A stretch of 64,000 bases of DNA. It comes from Armatimonadota bacterium (GTDB lineage Bacteria; Armatimonadota; HRBIN16). Of the stretch, positions 10,050 through 20,846 are shown one piece after another. Every line of letters begins with the position of its first letter. Position 1 is the first letter of the stretch. The stretch covers positions 1,312,001-1,376,000 of the forward strand of contig OY781964.1 of the NCBI GenBank assembly GCA_963677485.1, written 5' to 3'. The notes beneath the pieces were generated by a model. The model did not search any database. It was not told the DNA's origin and saw only the letters and a program-made list of their open reading frames with translations. Made by a program: the position numbers and the translations under genes.

Positions 10050-11138
10050 TTGATTTTACAACCTGACCAACTGATTGGCCACGAGCGGGCGATCCTGCAG
10101 CTTCAAAACGCCATGGCCGCAGATCAGTGTTCTCAATCTCTCCTTATTACCGGGCCGCCTCAGGTAGGAAAGCAGAGCCTCGCACTATGGCTTGCGGCTT
10201 CGTTGATGTGCCTGGAGCCGGTCAGCACCGGTGCCTGCGGTAAATGCGCAAGCTGTCTTCGGCTACAAAACGACCAGCACCCCGAGCTTCATATCATCGA
10301 GCCGCATACAGAACAGACCCTCATCTGGCAGCTATGGGAAGGCCACACCATCCCTCGCGGGGTAGATCCCGCCTCTGTCGGGATCATTGAGAGAGCGATC
10401 AGCTATTCACCCACCTTCGGACGGCGCACCGTATTCATCATCCCACGGGCCGAAACCCTCACCGATTCGGCGGCTAACAGCCTCTTAAAGACACTTGAGG
10501 AACCACCTGCCCATGCGGTACTGATACTACTGGCTACCTCTGCCGAGGATGTGCTGCAGACAATCCGCAGCCGATGTGCATTGATACCGCTGAGCCGCGT
10601 GCCTGTGCCGGATGTAGTCGAATGGCTTGTTCATAAACACCAGATATCTCCAGAGATCGCCGTCCGGTGTGCGGAGATCAGCCAGGGATGCCCCGGCCGT
10701 GCTTTGAGCATCAGCACAGACCAGGACGCGATGAACCTATGGAACCAAGCTGCGGAGTTAGCCCATGACATCTGCATGAAAACCAGCGTCACTTCATCCT
10801 TAGCCCTCGCAGATCGCCTGCGCCAGATGTCTACTGTGCAGATTGGAAAAAAGGTCCCCACCGTCAATAGGGCAGCCCTGTTAAGTGCCCTGGATAGTGT
10901 GATGGTCTGGCTGCGCGACGCGATGGTCTGCGCGGCCACCAGTGGCGAAGGCCGCGTAGTGTTCCATGGCGACGAGCATCACCTCTCGCAAGCCGCCGAC
11001 AAACTGGGAGCCTCGAGGCTAGCCAACATGTTGGAAACCAGCCTGGAACTCAGACGCGCCATCGACGGGAATGCGAACATTAAGCTGGTCACCGATTTAC
11101 TGTTGATGCGGCTGTTGGAGTGTACTCGACAGTCATGA
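10050..11138 (+). CDS. holB: DNA polymerase III subunit delta'
   Basis: GPPQVGK, zinc module CGKCASC, AANSLLKTLEEP, TIRSRC. Confidence 0.9.
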   Translation: MILQPDQLIGHERAILQLQNAMAADQCSQSLLITGPPQVGKQSLALWLAASLMCLEPVSTGACGKCASCLRLQNDQHPELHIIEPHTEQTLIWQLWEGHTIPRGVDPASVGIIERAISYSPTFGRRTVFIIPRAETLTDSAANSLLKTLEEPPAHAVLILLATSAEDVLQTIRSRCALIPLSRVPVPDVVEWLVHKHQISPEIAVRCAEISQGCPGRALSISTDQDAMNLWNQAAELAHDICMKTSVTSSLALADRLRQMSTVQIGKKVPTVNRAALLSALDSVMVWLRDAMVCAATSGEGRVVFHGDEHHLSQAADKLGASRLANMLETSLELRRAIDGNANIKLVTDLLLMRLLECTRQS

Positions 11139-11701
11139 ACCTCGATGTACAGATACTGAAATGGTGTAATACCGTCGCCGTCAGCCCCTGGGCTGACAAC
11201 CTGATGTTGTTCTTGACCAACCAGCGTAACACCTGGCCGTTCATTCTGTGTGCGTTGATATGGCTGGTATGGAAGGGTGGTAAAACTGGGCGGCGTGTGG
11301 CCCTCATGCTGCCTCTGTGTATACTGCTCACGGACCAGATCAGTGCTCATTTATTAAAGGACCTGATTGGGCGTGACCGTCCCTGCAGCCAACATGATTT
11401 ACAGTCATGGATGCGGTTGCTTGATGGTTGCAGAGATTCACACGGAATGCCGAGTTCCCACGCCACGAACATGTTTGGAGTGGCGACGCTGCTTACCCGC
11501 TATTATCGCAAGTGGTGGCCGGTGTTTTTTGCCATAGCCGCCATCATCAGTTATACCCGTATGTATCTGGGATTGCATTTTCCCTCAGACGTTTTGGTTG
11601 GAGCGATTTTAGGTAGTCTGATTGTTTTAGGGTTTGACGCTATATGGCGAGCGGTAGCTACCAAGCGGTTAACACGTCGAATCACAGATCCCGAATCATA
11701 A
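11135..11701 (+). CDS. PAP2-family membrane phosphatase
   Basis: K..IGRDRP, MPSSHA, TRMYLGLHFPSDV; ATGA overlap with the holB stop. Confidence 0.9.
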   Translation: MNLDVQILKWCNTVAVSPWADNLMLFLTNQRNTWPFILCALIWLVWKGGKTGRRVALMLPLCILLTDQISAHLLKDLIGRDRPCSQHDLQSWMRLLDGCRDSHGMPSSHATNMFGVATLLTRYYRKWWPVFFAIAAIISYTRMYLGLHFPSDVLVGAILGSLIVLGFDAIWRAVATKRLTRRITDPES

Positions 11702-11755
11702 ACCAGTAACCTTAGGTACGAGCCATGAACACCCATTCGCCGAACATTTCCACAC

Positions 11756-12481
11756 TTACCCGGACAACCGTCGGTAGCGTAGAAATAGCTCGCTTTCGTG
11801 CTGATACACCGACACCAGCTCCATATGCCTGGCGGTTTCGCGGTCAAACCCCTCTCCCTCAACCGGTGTGCGGATGTGCTCACCGCCTTTAACCCAGGGA
11901 GCCAGTGTGAGGAACATCTCGTCGATCAGCTCCGCACGAAACATCTCGAAGTTCATGCCCCCACCGCCCTCGCACAACAGCAGCTTAACCCCCCGCTGCT
12001 CTGTCATAATCCGCACAGCTTGCTCCAGTTCCACCCGATTCTCACCTAACAGGTGTAACTCGGCGACGGCTTGAATGGCTTGCTGCTGCGGCAAAGGAAG
12101 GTTTTTAGGAGCAAATACAAGCGCAGGCCGCTGAACGTTGGTGAAGAAGCTGGAGTGCAACGGTAGATCACCGCTGGCGGTAACCACTGCGCGGGCAAGT
12201 GATGGCAGGTATGCGATTTTCCCGGCGCGAAGCGTGCTGGCCCCTATTATCACCCCATCGGCTTGCCGCTGCAGGCGGTGCATCAGCATCTGATCTATCG
12301 AGCTGCCCAACCCTTTGCTGCTGTCACCCAATCCACCTAGCGTGATTTTGCCGTCCAGGCTCATCACCATATTGAGATAGATGTAAGGTCGATCAGTGTG
12401 GGCGGTGGTGGGTACGACCGGGGTATACAAGGTATGCATATCACGGGGTTCACCCGATTTGTCAAACAGGCATTGCATCAA
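11756..12481 (-). CDS. RibD C-terminal/DHFR-like reductase
   Basis: NMVMSLDGKI, IIGASTLR, LLCEGGG, IDEMFLTLAP. Confidence 0.85.
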   Translation of the reverse strand: MMQCLFDKSGEPRDMHTLYTPVVPTTAHTDRPYIYLNMVMSLDGKITLGGLGDSSKGLGSSIDQMLMHRLQRQADGVIIGASTLRAGKIAYLPSLARAVVTASGDLPLHSSFFTNVQRPALVFAPKNLPLPQQQAIQAVAELHLLGENRVELEQAVRIMTEQRGVKLLLCEGGGGMNFEMFRAELIDEMFLTLAPWVKGGEHIRTPVEGEGFDRETARHMELVSVYQHESELFLRYRRLSG

Positions 12482-12504
12482 ACTCCTCCTGCCAAAAGCG
12501 TATC

Positions 12505-12731
12505 ATGGGCAACCACCGGGAGTCACCCCCCGGGCACGCCAATCTCCCGATTGGCATTCCCTCTCCATCCGACCGGTCCGGTTTTCCCTTTCCGGGCCGG
12601 TCTCTTCCCAAGGTGTTTTCCGAAGGGCGGATTCCGACGGATGAGACGGATTCGACCGATAACAATAGTGGGCAACCACGGGAGACCGTGTCGCATGCAT
12701 GAAGGGAGGTTCGCGTACCGCCCCTACGAAT
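12505..12731. repeat. Intergenic repeat cluster: GCCAATC hairpin, 9-nt triplet repeat, GTAG-type REP
   Basis: GCCAATCTCCCGATTGGC (12538-12555) recurs near 20438, 23208 and 56985; REP GAAGGGAGGTTCGCGTACCGCCCCTACGAAT at 12701-12731. Confidence 0.8.
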
Positions 12732-12746
12732 CACATCATACAACGC

Positions 12747-12777
12747 AAAAAGCCCCTTGATTTCATCAAGGGGCTTT
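12747..12777 (-). terminator. Rho-independent terminator of the atp operon
   Basis: AAAGCCCCTTGAT / ATCAAGGGGCTTT stem with a U-tract on the minus strand, just after the atpC stop. Confidence 0.85.
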
Positions 12778-12782
12778 ATCAA

Positions 12783-13193
12783 TTAATGGGGCAGTTCCTG
12801 CCCAGCCGCATGCATTCGTGCCATCGCCTTATCCAGCGACCGGCGCGCTTCGGCTCGGTTGTAATTCGGATCGTCCAGGTGTTCTCGAGCCCGTTCATAG
12901 GCTTCCATCGCACGTTGAACGTCGATGTCCTTCTCGCGTTCTGCACTGTCGGCTAGAATGACCACATGGTTATCCGCCACCTGCAGGAACCCGCCGCCTA
13001 TCGCCACGAGCTCATCGCTCAGGTCAGGATAAGTCACCGTCACCACTCCAGGCGCCAGTTCCGCCATCAACGGTGCATGGTCGTTGAGTATCCCAAATGA
13101 ACCCATCACACCAGGTGCGACCACACTACATGGTTCTTCCACCAGTACGGTATGGTCGGGCACCACGATTTCCAATTTGAAGCTCTTGGCCAT
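12783..13193 (-). CDS. atpC: ATP synthase epsilon subunit
   Basis: FGILNDHAPL, GGFLQV, VILADSAE; last gene of the operon. Confidence 0.95.
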   Translation of the reverse strand: MAKSFKLEIVVPDHTVLVEEPCSVVAPGVMGSFGILNDHAPLMAELAPGVVTVTYPDLSDELVAIGGGFLQVADNHVVILADSAEREKDIDVQRAMEAYERAREHLDDPNYNRAEARRSLDKAMARMHAAGQELPH

Positions 13194-13207
13194 CAGTTAG
13201 TTACCCA

Positions 13208-14653
<1,446 letters not shown>

Positions 14654-14656
14654 CTA

Positions 14657-15517
14657 CTATTCGTTCAGAGCTTCGGCCCCGCTCACCACTTCCGTAATTT
14701 CGGTAGTAATGGCGGACTGCCGTATGCGGTTGAGCTGCAGCGAAAGAGTAGAGATCATCTTTCCTGCGTTTTCGGTTGCACTGCTCATGGCTGTCATGCG
14801 CGCGCCATGCTCACTGGCGTTGCATTCCAACAGAGTTTGAAACACACTGTTGAGAAGGTATCGTGGAAGCAGGTTACCCAGAAGCTGGTCGCGATTGGGC
14901 TCCATGAGAAAGTCCAAATGCTCCTGGCCTATCTCGCTTTTGGGCTGTTCTACCGGTAATAAGCGAACTACTGTGGGTATTTGAACCAGCGCACTTCGGA
15001 AGCGGTTATACACCACGTAGAACTCATCGACTTGACCACTCATGAACATCTCAACAGCCTGATTCGCTATCTTGGTGGCCATGCTGACGTCTGGGCCGCT
15101 ATTGGGAATACTGTATTCCTGTAACGGTCTTAAGCCCCGCTTAGTGAAGTATTTACCGGAACGTAAGCCTACCGAGACTAACTTCACGCTGCCGGCGGGT
15201 TTTGACGCCACAAAAGCCTGCGCTTTACGCAACACGCTAGCGTTGTAACCACCGCACATGCCGCGGTCACTTGCCATGACCACCACACCTGTGTTGCTCA
15301 CTTTTTTCCGTTCTTGCAGCAGCGGATAATCACCCAATCCCGTGCCAGCCAGAAGAGCAATGACGTCACGCATTTTCGTGGCGTAAGGCCTGGCAGCTAA
15401 AGCCCGGTCCTGTGCGCGTTTGAATCGTGCAGCAGCGACCAGCTTCATAGCGCGGGTTATCTGTTGTATATTTCTGGCGATCCGGATTCTCTGCCGAATC
15501 TGCTTGGTTGATGCCAT
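14657..15517 (-). CDS. atpG: ATP synthase gamma subunit
   Basis: QITRAMKLVAA, DRGMCG, SEHGARMTAM, RQSAITTEI. Confidence 0.97.
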   Translation of the reverse strand: MASTKQIRQRIRIARNIQQITRAMKLVAAARFKRAQDRALAARPYATKMRDVIALLAGTGLGDYPLLQERKKVSNTGVVVMASDRGMCGGYNASVLRKAQAFVASKPAGSVKLVSVGLRSGKYFTKRGLRPLQEYSIPNSGPDVSMATKIANQAVEMFMSGQVDEFYVVYNRFRSALVQIPTVVRLLPVEQPKSEIGQEHLDFLMEPNRDQLLGNLLPRYLLNSVFQTLLECNASEHGARMTAMSSATENAGKMISTLSLQLNRIRQSAITTEITEVVSGAEALNE

Positions 15518-15575
15518 TCTGGTTTCCCGTCTTTTTTGTCAGGCCGGAGTATAACCACCCCGGCCAGATGGGCTA

Positions 15576-17102
15576 TTATTTACTGGCGGATTGCGCCTTG
15601 TATTCCTTCAACGCCTTTTCAAGGGCGGTGCGGGTGTTGTCGTCAATCTGCTGGTTACGCTTGATGAACTCAGGGATCTCTGCATATTTTTCATACACAA
15701 AGCTCAAGAAGTTCGCCTCAAAAACTCGCACATCATCGAGGGATAACTCGTCGATATGCCCGTTCGTGGCTGCAAAGAAGATCATGGTTTGATCCACTAC
15801 ATCCATCGGACGGTATTGAGGCTGCTTCAGAAGTTCCATCATCCGCTGACCACGGGCCAGTTGCTGCTGGGTGACTTTGTCAAGGTCGCTGGCAAACTGC
15901 GCGAAGGCTTGCACTTCACGATATTGCGCCAGGTCACCCTTCAAACGTCCGGCTACCTGCTTCATCGCTTTGATCTGCGCCTTGCCGCCTACGCGGGAGA
16001 CCGAGATACCCACGTTCAACGCCGGCCGGAAACCAGCAAAGAACAGGTCGCTCTCCAGATATATCTGTCCGTCGGTGATGGAAATCACGTTCGTCGGGAT
16101 ATAAGCTGAGACGTCACCAGCTTGAGTCTCGATGACTGGCAGTGCGGTTAAGCTTCCACTACCCAGAGCGTCGTTCAGCTTAGCTGCGCGCTCCAGCAGT
16201 CGGCTGTGAAGGTAGAACACGTCTCCAGGATACGCCTCACGCCCCGGGGGACGACGAAGCAGCAAGGATACCTGTCGGTAGGCCACAGCGTGTTTCGACA
16301 GATCATCGTAGACCACAAGTGCATGCATCTTGTTGTCACGGAAATACTCACCCATCGCGGCACCAGCATACGGTGCGATGTACTGCATAGCGGCTGGGTC
16401 AGAGGCTCCTGCGCACACGATGATGGTGTACTGTAGGGCTCCGGCATCTTCCAGCGTCTTCGCGATACGCGCGACCGTGCTTTGGCGCTGGCCAATGGCC
16501 ACGTAAATGCTGAAAATCGGCTTGTTGGTTTCATGGGTGCGTGACTGGTTGATGATCGTATCGATCGCAATTGCCGTTTTACCGGTCTGTCGGTCGCCAA
16601 TTATCAACTCACGCTGTCCCAGACCGATGGGGATCATACTGTCGATGGCTTTGATGCCAGTCTGCAGCGGCTCAGTCACAGGCTGTCGATCGACAACACC
16701 TGGTGCATTACTTTCCAGAAGGCCGAACTCATCCGTAAGAATGGGTCCCTTACCGTCCAGAGGCTGGCCAAGAGGGTTCACAACGCGCCCCAGTAAAGCT
16801 TTACCCACAGGAACCTGCAGGATACGCTCGGTGCGTTTGACTTCGTCACCCTCTTTGATGCCCACATCATTGCCTAAAATGATGACGCCCACGTTGTCCT
16901 CTTCCAGGTTCAGTGCCATTCCATAAACACCGTTTTGGAACTGGACGAGTTCGCTGACCATCACGTCTTTAAGACCGTACACGCGGGCAATACCATCACC
17001 CACCTGCAGTACTCGGCCGACACTCACCTCTTCAAGGTTGCGTCCGTAGTTGAGCAGTTGCTGCTCAATGATCGATGTTATCTCTTCGGGTCGGATAGCC
17101 AA
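15576..17102 (-). CDS. atpA: ATP synthase alpha subunit
   Basis: [29 protein letters not shown]; TTG start. Confidence 0.98.
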   Translation of the reverse strand: MAIRPEEITSIIEQQLLNYGRNLEEVSVGRVLQVGDGIARVYGLKDVMVSELVQFQNGVYGMALNLEEDNVGVIILGNDVGIKEGDEVKRTERILQVPVGKALLGRVVNPLGQPLDGKGPILTDEFGLLESNAPGVVDRQPVTEPLQTGIKAIDSMIPIGLGQRELIIGDRQTGKTAIAIDTIINQSRTHETNKPIFSIYVAIGQRQSTVARIAKTLEDAGALQYTIIVCAGASDPAAMQYIAPYAGAAMGEYFRDNKMHALVVYDDLSKHAVAYRQVSLLLRRPPGREAYPGDVFYLHSRLLERAAKLNDALGSGSLTALPVIETQAGDVSAYIPTNVISITDGQIYLESDLFFAGFRPALNVGISVSRVGGKAQIKAMKQVAGRLKGDLAQYREVQAFAQFASDLDKVTQQQLARGQRMMELLKQPQYRPMDVVDQTMIFFAATNGHIDELSLDDVRVFEANFLSFVYEKYAEIPEFIKRNQQIDDNTRTALEKALKEYKAQSASK

Positions 17103-17167
17103 TTGTATCTATACCCTCCTGCCCCGACATGCTGTATTGCCTTTGCGGGTGCCAGTTGTTTGTGTTC

Positions 17168-17710
17168 TCAGGTGGCGGCTAACAGCCCACGCAGATGCGC
17201 AAGCCGACCGCGGATGCTGCCATCAATGACCGTATCACCGATATTCACGATGATGCCGCCCATAAGTGAAGGCTCTACTTCTGTTGTGAGCTTAATATTT
17301 CGCCCTGTACGTTGTGCCAGGCTGTCAATAAGCTGTTGTTTTTGCTGCTCATCTAATGGCCGGGCTGATTTGGCGGTGACCCGCACTTCGCCAAGTTCCG
17401 CGTCGAAGAGTGCTTCGAACTCTTGCAGCACGGCTTGGATCAGCGTCTCTCGCCTTTTGCGGATCAGCAGAATGGTCAGTGCTTTTACAAGCTCTGGCAT
17501 CTCCGCATGTTCCAGTGCACTCAGAACCGCCGTCTCCTTGACGTCAACCGGTATCATCGGGTTGTGGATGAGCTGCAGGAGCCTGGGATACTGCGCCATC
17601 ATCTCTGCCATCTGAGTCAGTGATTGGTCTACCTCAGACAACAGGTTCTGATGGTGAGCGGCATTGAATATGGCCCTTGCATAACGACGGGCGATTCTTT
17701 CATCCTGCAT
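17168..17710 (-). CDS. atpH: ATP synthase delta subunit
   Basis: IARRYARA, LMGG...GDTVIDGS. Confidence 0.94.
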   Translation of the reverse strand: MQDERIARRYARAIFNAAHHQNLLSEVDQSLTQMAEMMAQYPRLLQLIHNPMIPVDVKETAVLSALEHAEMPELVKALTILLIRKRRETLIQAVLQEFEALFDAELGEVRVTAKSARPLDEQQKQQLIDSLAQRTGRNIKLTTEVEPSLMGGIIVNIGDTVIDGSIRGRLAHLRGLLAAT

Positions 17711-17712
17711 GA

Positions 17713-18234
17713 CTAGTTCTTTGCCACCTGCTCAATGAAATCGGCGACCAGCTCACGGTCCGACGCATCATCAACTTTGTGGTTCAGCAGCTTCTCAGTA
17801 GCCTGAATAGTGATGTCCACTACTTGCGCTTTTAACTGAGCCATCATCTGTTCGCGATCGAATTGTAATGTCTGGCGGGTATCACTCAGGATTTTCTCCG
17901 CCTGCTGTCTGGCCTCGGCAAGGATGGTTTCGCGCATGGCCTGAGCCTCTTGCACGGCGGCTTGTGTTTGCGCACGTGCCTCCGCCTCGATGTTAGTCAG
18001 CCGCTGCTCGTAGTCAGCCTTGAGGCTTTCCATGTTTCTGCGGGTTTCATCCACCTTGTCATACGTCTGCTGAATATCCTCTTTACGGGAATCCAGAAAC
18101 GCAGCTAATGGCAGCCATAAGAACTTCTTGAGCAACAGGAAAAGCAGCAAGAAGCCTACAATCGTCACCAGGATCGTCTTCGGGACGATCTCCAGTGCTT
18201 CCATAATGCTTCCGCCGGACGCTAGAATGAACAA
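17713..18234 (-). CDS. atpF: ATP synthase b subunit
   Basis: Single N-terminal TM (FLLLFLLLKKFLW.P) followed by coiled coil; operon position. Confidence 0.92.
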   Translation of the reverse strand: MFILASGGSIMEALEIVPKTILVTIVGFLLLFLLLKKFLWLPLAAFLDSRKEDIQQTYDKVDETRRNMESLKADYEQRLTNIEAEARAQTQAAVQEAQAMRETILAEARQQAEKILSDTRQTLQFDREQMMAQLKAQVVDITIQATEKLLNHKVDDASDRELVADFIEQVAKN

Positions 18235-18335
18235 GTTGCTCCTCCTATTTGCACGGGGGGAATGCGACAGATTTAGTAGTATTGAGTACTCTCATCCGCC
18301 AAACGCCCCTCTGTGAGTTGGTTTTCGTGTGGAGC

Positions 18336-18611
18336 CTACTTAACTTGCGACTTCAGCAGATCAACGATGGCTGCGGTGTCTGGAAGTTTGCTCTGCAGCA
18401 TGAAGAACATAACCAATGCGTAAATGACCAGTGATTCGATCAGAGCCAAAGCGATGATCATACCGGTCTGGATTTTGCCGGCAGCTTCTGGCTGGCGGCC
18501 CATGGCCTCAAGAGCACTTGCTGCGGCCTTACCCTGGCCGAGACCAGCACCGATGACTGCGATAGGCAGGCCTAAGCCTACGGCGATAGCTAAACCAAAC
18601 AAGTAAAGCAT
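18336..18611 (-). CDS. atpE: ATP synthase c subunit
   Basis: GAGLGQG, RQPEA loop, IESL..Y. Confidence 0.96.
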   Translation of the reverse strand: MLYLFGLAIAVGLGLPIAVIGAGLGQGKAAASALEAMGRQPEAAGKIQTGMIIALALIESLVIYALVMFFMLQSKLPDTAAIVDLLKSQVK

Positions 18612-18661
18612 AGAGGTAACCTCCTGATAGTTGTTATACGGGTGTCTGTAATGTGTGCCGT

Positions 18662-19342
18662 TTAGTGTTCTTCACCGTGCGGCAGAACAAGCGAAATGTA
18701 GATGGCAGCCAGGGTGATGAACACCAAAGACTGCACAAAACCAGTGAACATACCGAACAGAAGCATTGGAAACTGGAACGGAACGGGAAAGAATGGGATA
18801 ACAGTCGCGGCCAACAGAGTCAGCATGGCGATTGAAGTTTCGTCTCCCATCATGTTTCCGTAAAGACGTATGGCAAGGCTTAAAGGCTTAGCAAGCGTGC
18901 CTATGATCTCCAAGGGGACCATCAGCCAGATGAGCCACCAGGGGGCCCCTCCTGTGAAGTGCTTGCAATACTTTACCAGCCCATTCTCCTTGATGCCCAC
19001 ATACTGAACATAGAAGAAAGTGATGATGGCTAAGGCAATGGTGATATTCAAGTTCGATGTTGCCGTTTTCCCGATTACCGGAAACAGCCCCATCCAGTTG
19101 TTGACAAGAATGAACATAAAGAGAGTGGCCAGGAATGGGAAGTGCTTTTCGCCGGCCGGGCCAAGAATGTTGGTGGAGTATGAACGGAAGGCTTCCGTCA
19201 GCAGTTCTGTCATGTTCTGCCAAAAACCCGTAGGGACGCGCTGCATGTTGCGGGTGCCGGCACGAGCCATGAGCAACAGCAGCAACACAGAGATACCCGC
19301 ATAGGCTACCATGACCCAGGGGCTTACGTGATGCACTTCCAA
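18662..19342 (-). CDS. atpB: ATP synthase a subunit
   Basis: SLAIRLYGN, QSLVFITL...Y. Confidence 0.95.
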   Translation of the reverse strand: MEVHHVSPWVMVAYAGISVLLLLLMARAGTRNMQRVPTGFWQNMTELLTEAFRSYSTNILGPAGEKHFPFLATLFMFILVNNWMGLFPVIGKTATSNLNITIALAIITFFYVQYVGIKENGLVKYCKHFTGGAPWWLIWLMVPLEIIGTLAKPLSLAIRLYGNMMGDETSIAMLTLLAATVIPFFPVPFQFPMLLFGMFTGFVQSLVFITLAAIYISLVLPHGEEH

Positions 19343-19354
19343 ACTGATATCTCC

Positions 19355-19837
19355 CTAAGTGGCTTTCTCTTCACGATTCTGTTCGGTATCTTCGTCCGGC
19401 GGGTCACCGATCAAGCGGTCGTGCCAAGCCCGCCTGACTGCCAACGCAGTCATGAGCCATGGAACCATGCTGATGCCGATGATAAACGCCACCCTGTCGG
19501 GCAGATCATAGCGGCACACCCAAGCGACTAAAATTGCAGCCAGCGGGTAGCGCCACCAAACCTTGAACCAAAGAAACTTAGCGGCAGAACTGGTATGGCC
19601 TGGATGCAGGGCACGCACGGCCTGAGTGAGGCTATGAAGCAGCCACCAGGCGAATGCCGAACCTACTACATAGAATGCGATTAGCCTCCAACTGGTAACC
19701 AGTGCGACTATGACCGCAATCACAAGGCAGACGCGGAGGTATATCCGCTTCAATTCGGTCAGGATATCTTGTTCCACCTTATTCGGTATACCAAAAGATG
19801 AGCCGACATGCCATACACATAATGATATCTGTACCAC
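19355..19837 (-). CDS. atpI: ATP synthase protein I-like membrane protein (start uncertain)
   Basis: About four hydrophobic helices, immediately upstream of atpB. Confidence 0.65.
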   Translation of the reverse strand: MVQISLCVWHVGSSFGIPNKVEQDILTELKRIYLRVCLVIAVIVALVTSWRLIAFYVVGSAFAWWLLHSLTQAVRALHPGHTSSAAKFLWFKVWWRYPLAAILVAWVCRYDLPDRVAFIIGISMVPWLMTALAVRRAWHDRLIGDPPDEDTEQNREEKAT

Positions 19838-19922
19838 GGATTGGTATAAATCAGCCCAATAGGCCTCATTATCGGGCTGTTCCTGCCGATCACTCCCAAA
19901 CCATGAGGTTTATCGTGCCGAC

Positions 19923-20360
19923 CTAGGATGCTGTGCTGATAATCCTCCAAGTGGGGTGTACTTCCACATTACCCTTGATCATCGCCCATACAGGACAGAG
20001 AGTCGATTCGGTGATCTTCAACGCCTGCTCCACATGCGTGTCGGTGGCGTCAGGCGATTGAAACTCCATATTAACTTCGATTCGTTCAAAACAGGTCGGG
20101 TGCTCTTCTCGCCTTGTGCCTTGCGCCATGATGCTGCAGCCGGTGATGGTGAGCTGTTGTTTGCGCAGCATCAACAGCATTGAGGTTCCCATACACGAGG
20201 CCAGACTCAGCAAAAACAGCTCCAGGGAGGTGTATCCTTGCCCATCACCCACCGGCGGGGTGTAGTCGATGCTGACAGGCGCGTTAGTGCCTGCGGTGCC
20301 GGAAAAGAATACTTTGTCGTTGATGAGATCAACGCTCACGTTCAAGGGTTCGAATTTCAT
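19923..20360 (-). CDS. OsmC/YhfA-family protein
   Basis: ELFLLSLASC and CPV cysteine pair; AGGAGG RBS. Confidence 0.88.
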   Translation of the reverse strand: MKFEPLNVSVDLINDKVFFSGTAGTNAPVSIDYTPPVGDGQGYTSLELFLLSLASCMGTSMLLMLRKQQLTITGCSIMAQGTRREEHPTCFERIEVNMEFQSPDATDTHVEQALKITESTLCPVWAMIKGNVEVHPTWRIISTAS

Positions 20361-20393
20361 GGGTTATCCTCCTAATGATAAGGTTTCGGTTAT

Positions 20394-20815
20394 GTCTGAA
20401 CCACGGATACCACGGATGGGTTCGGATGGAGAGGGATGCCAATCGGGAGATTAGCATATTGTCCTACTCATCCTACCCATCCTCTTGGGGTTCATATAAA
20501 CCGCGGATGAACGCAGATGAACGCAGATGGGGACTGGGCGGTAGAGGCGACCGGCGATCGCCCTTGTCGGGGGCACGGCACGCCATGCCCCTACGGTTCC
20601 AACAACAAACCCGGACGTTCGCAAGTACTCCGGACACCCACGAAGTGGGTAAGATTCATTATAGCCAGGGGTAAGCGAAGCGCAACCCCTGGAAAAGATG
20701 CAAAAGAACCTTACCCCGAAGTGGGTCGTCCGCCACCGCATGCACAGGCAACCACGGGGACTGCACTACGCCTTCACCGGAAATTCATCTGCGTCATCTG
20801 TGTAATCTGTGGATG
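20394..20815. repeat. Composite intergenic repeat cluster
   Basis: GTCTGAACCACGGAT...GCCAATCGGGAGATT module, 10-nt and 9-nt triplet repeats, GTAG/CTAC REP doublet 20541-20594, ~100-bp unit 20629-20728 also found at 50171. Confidence 0.85.
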
Positions 20816-20846
20816 CTCCCTTCTTTCGCGTGAGGGTGTGCTACTG

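Noticed and set aside
18250-18316. Structured atpE-atpF spacer as an ncRNA
   Set aside because: One imperfect hairpin; such spacers commonly tune c-subunit stoichiometry, and there is no other support.
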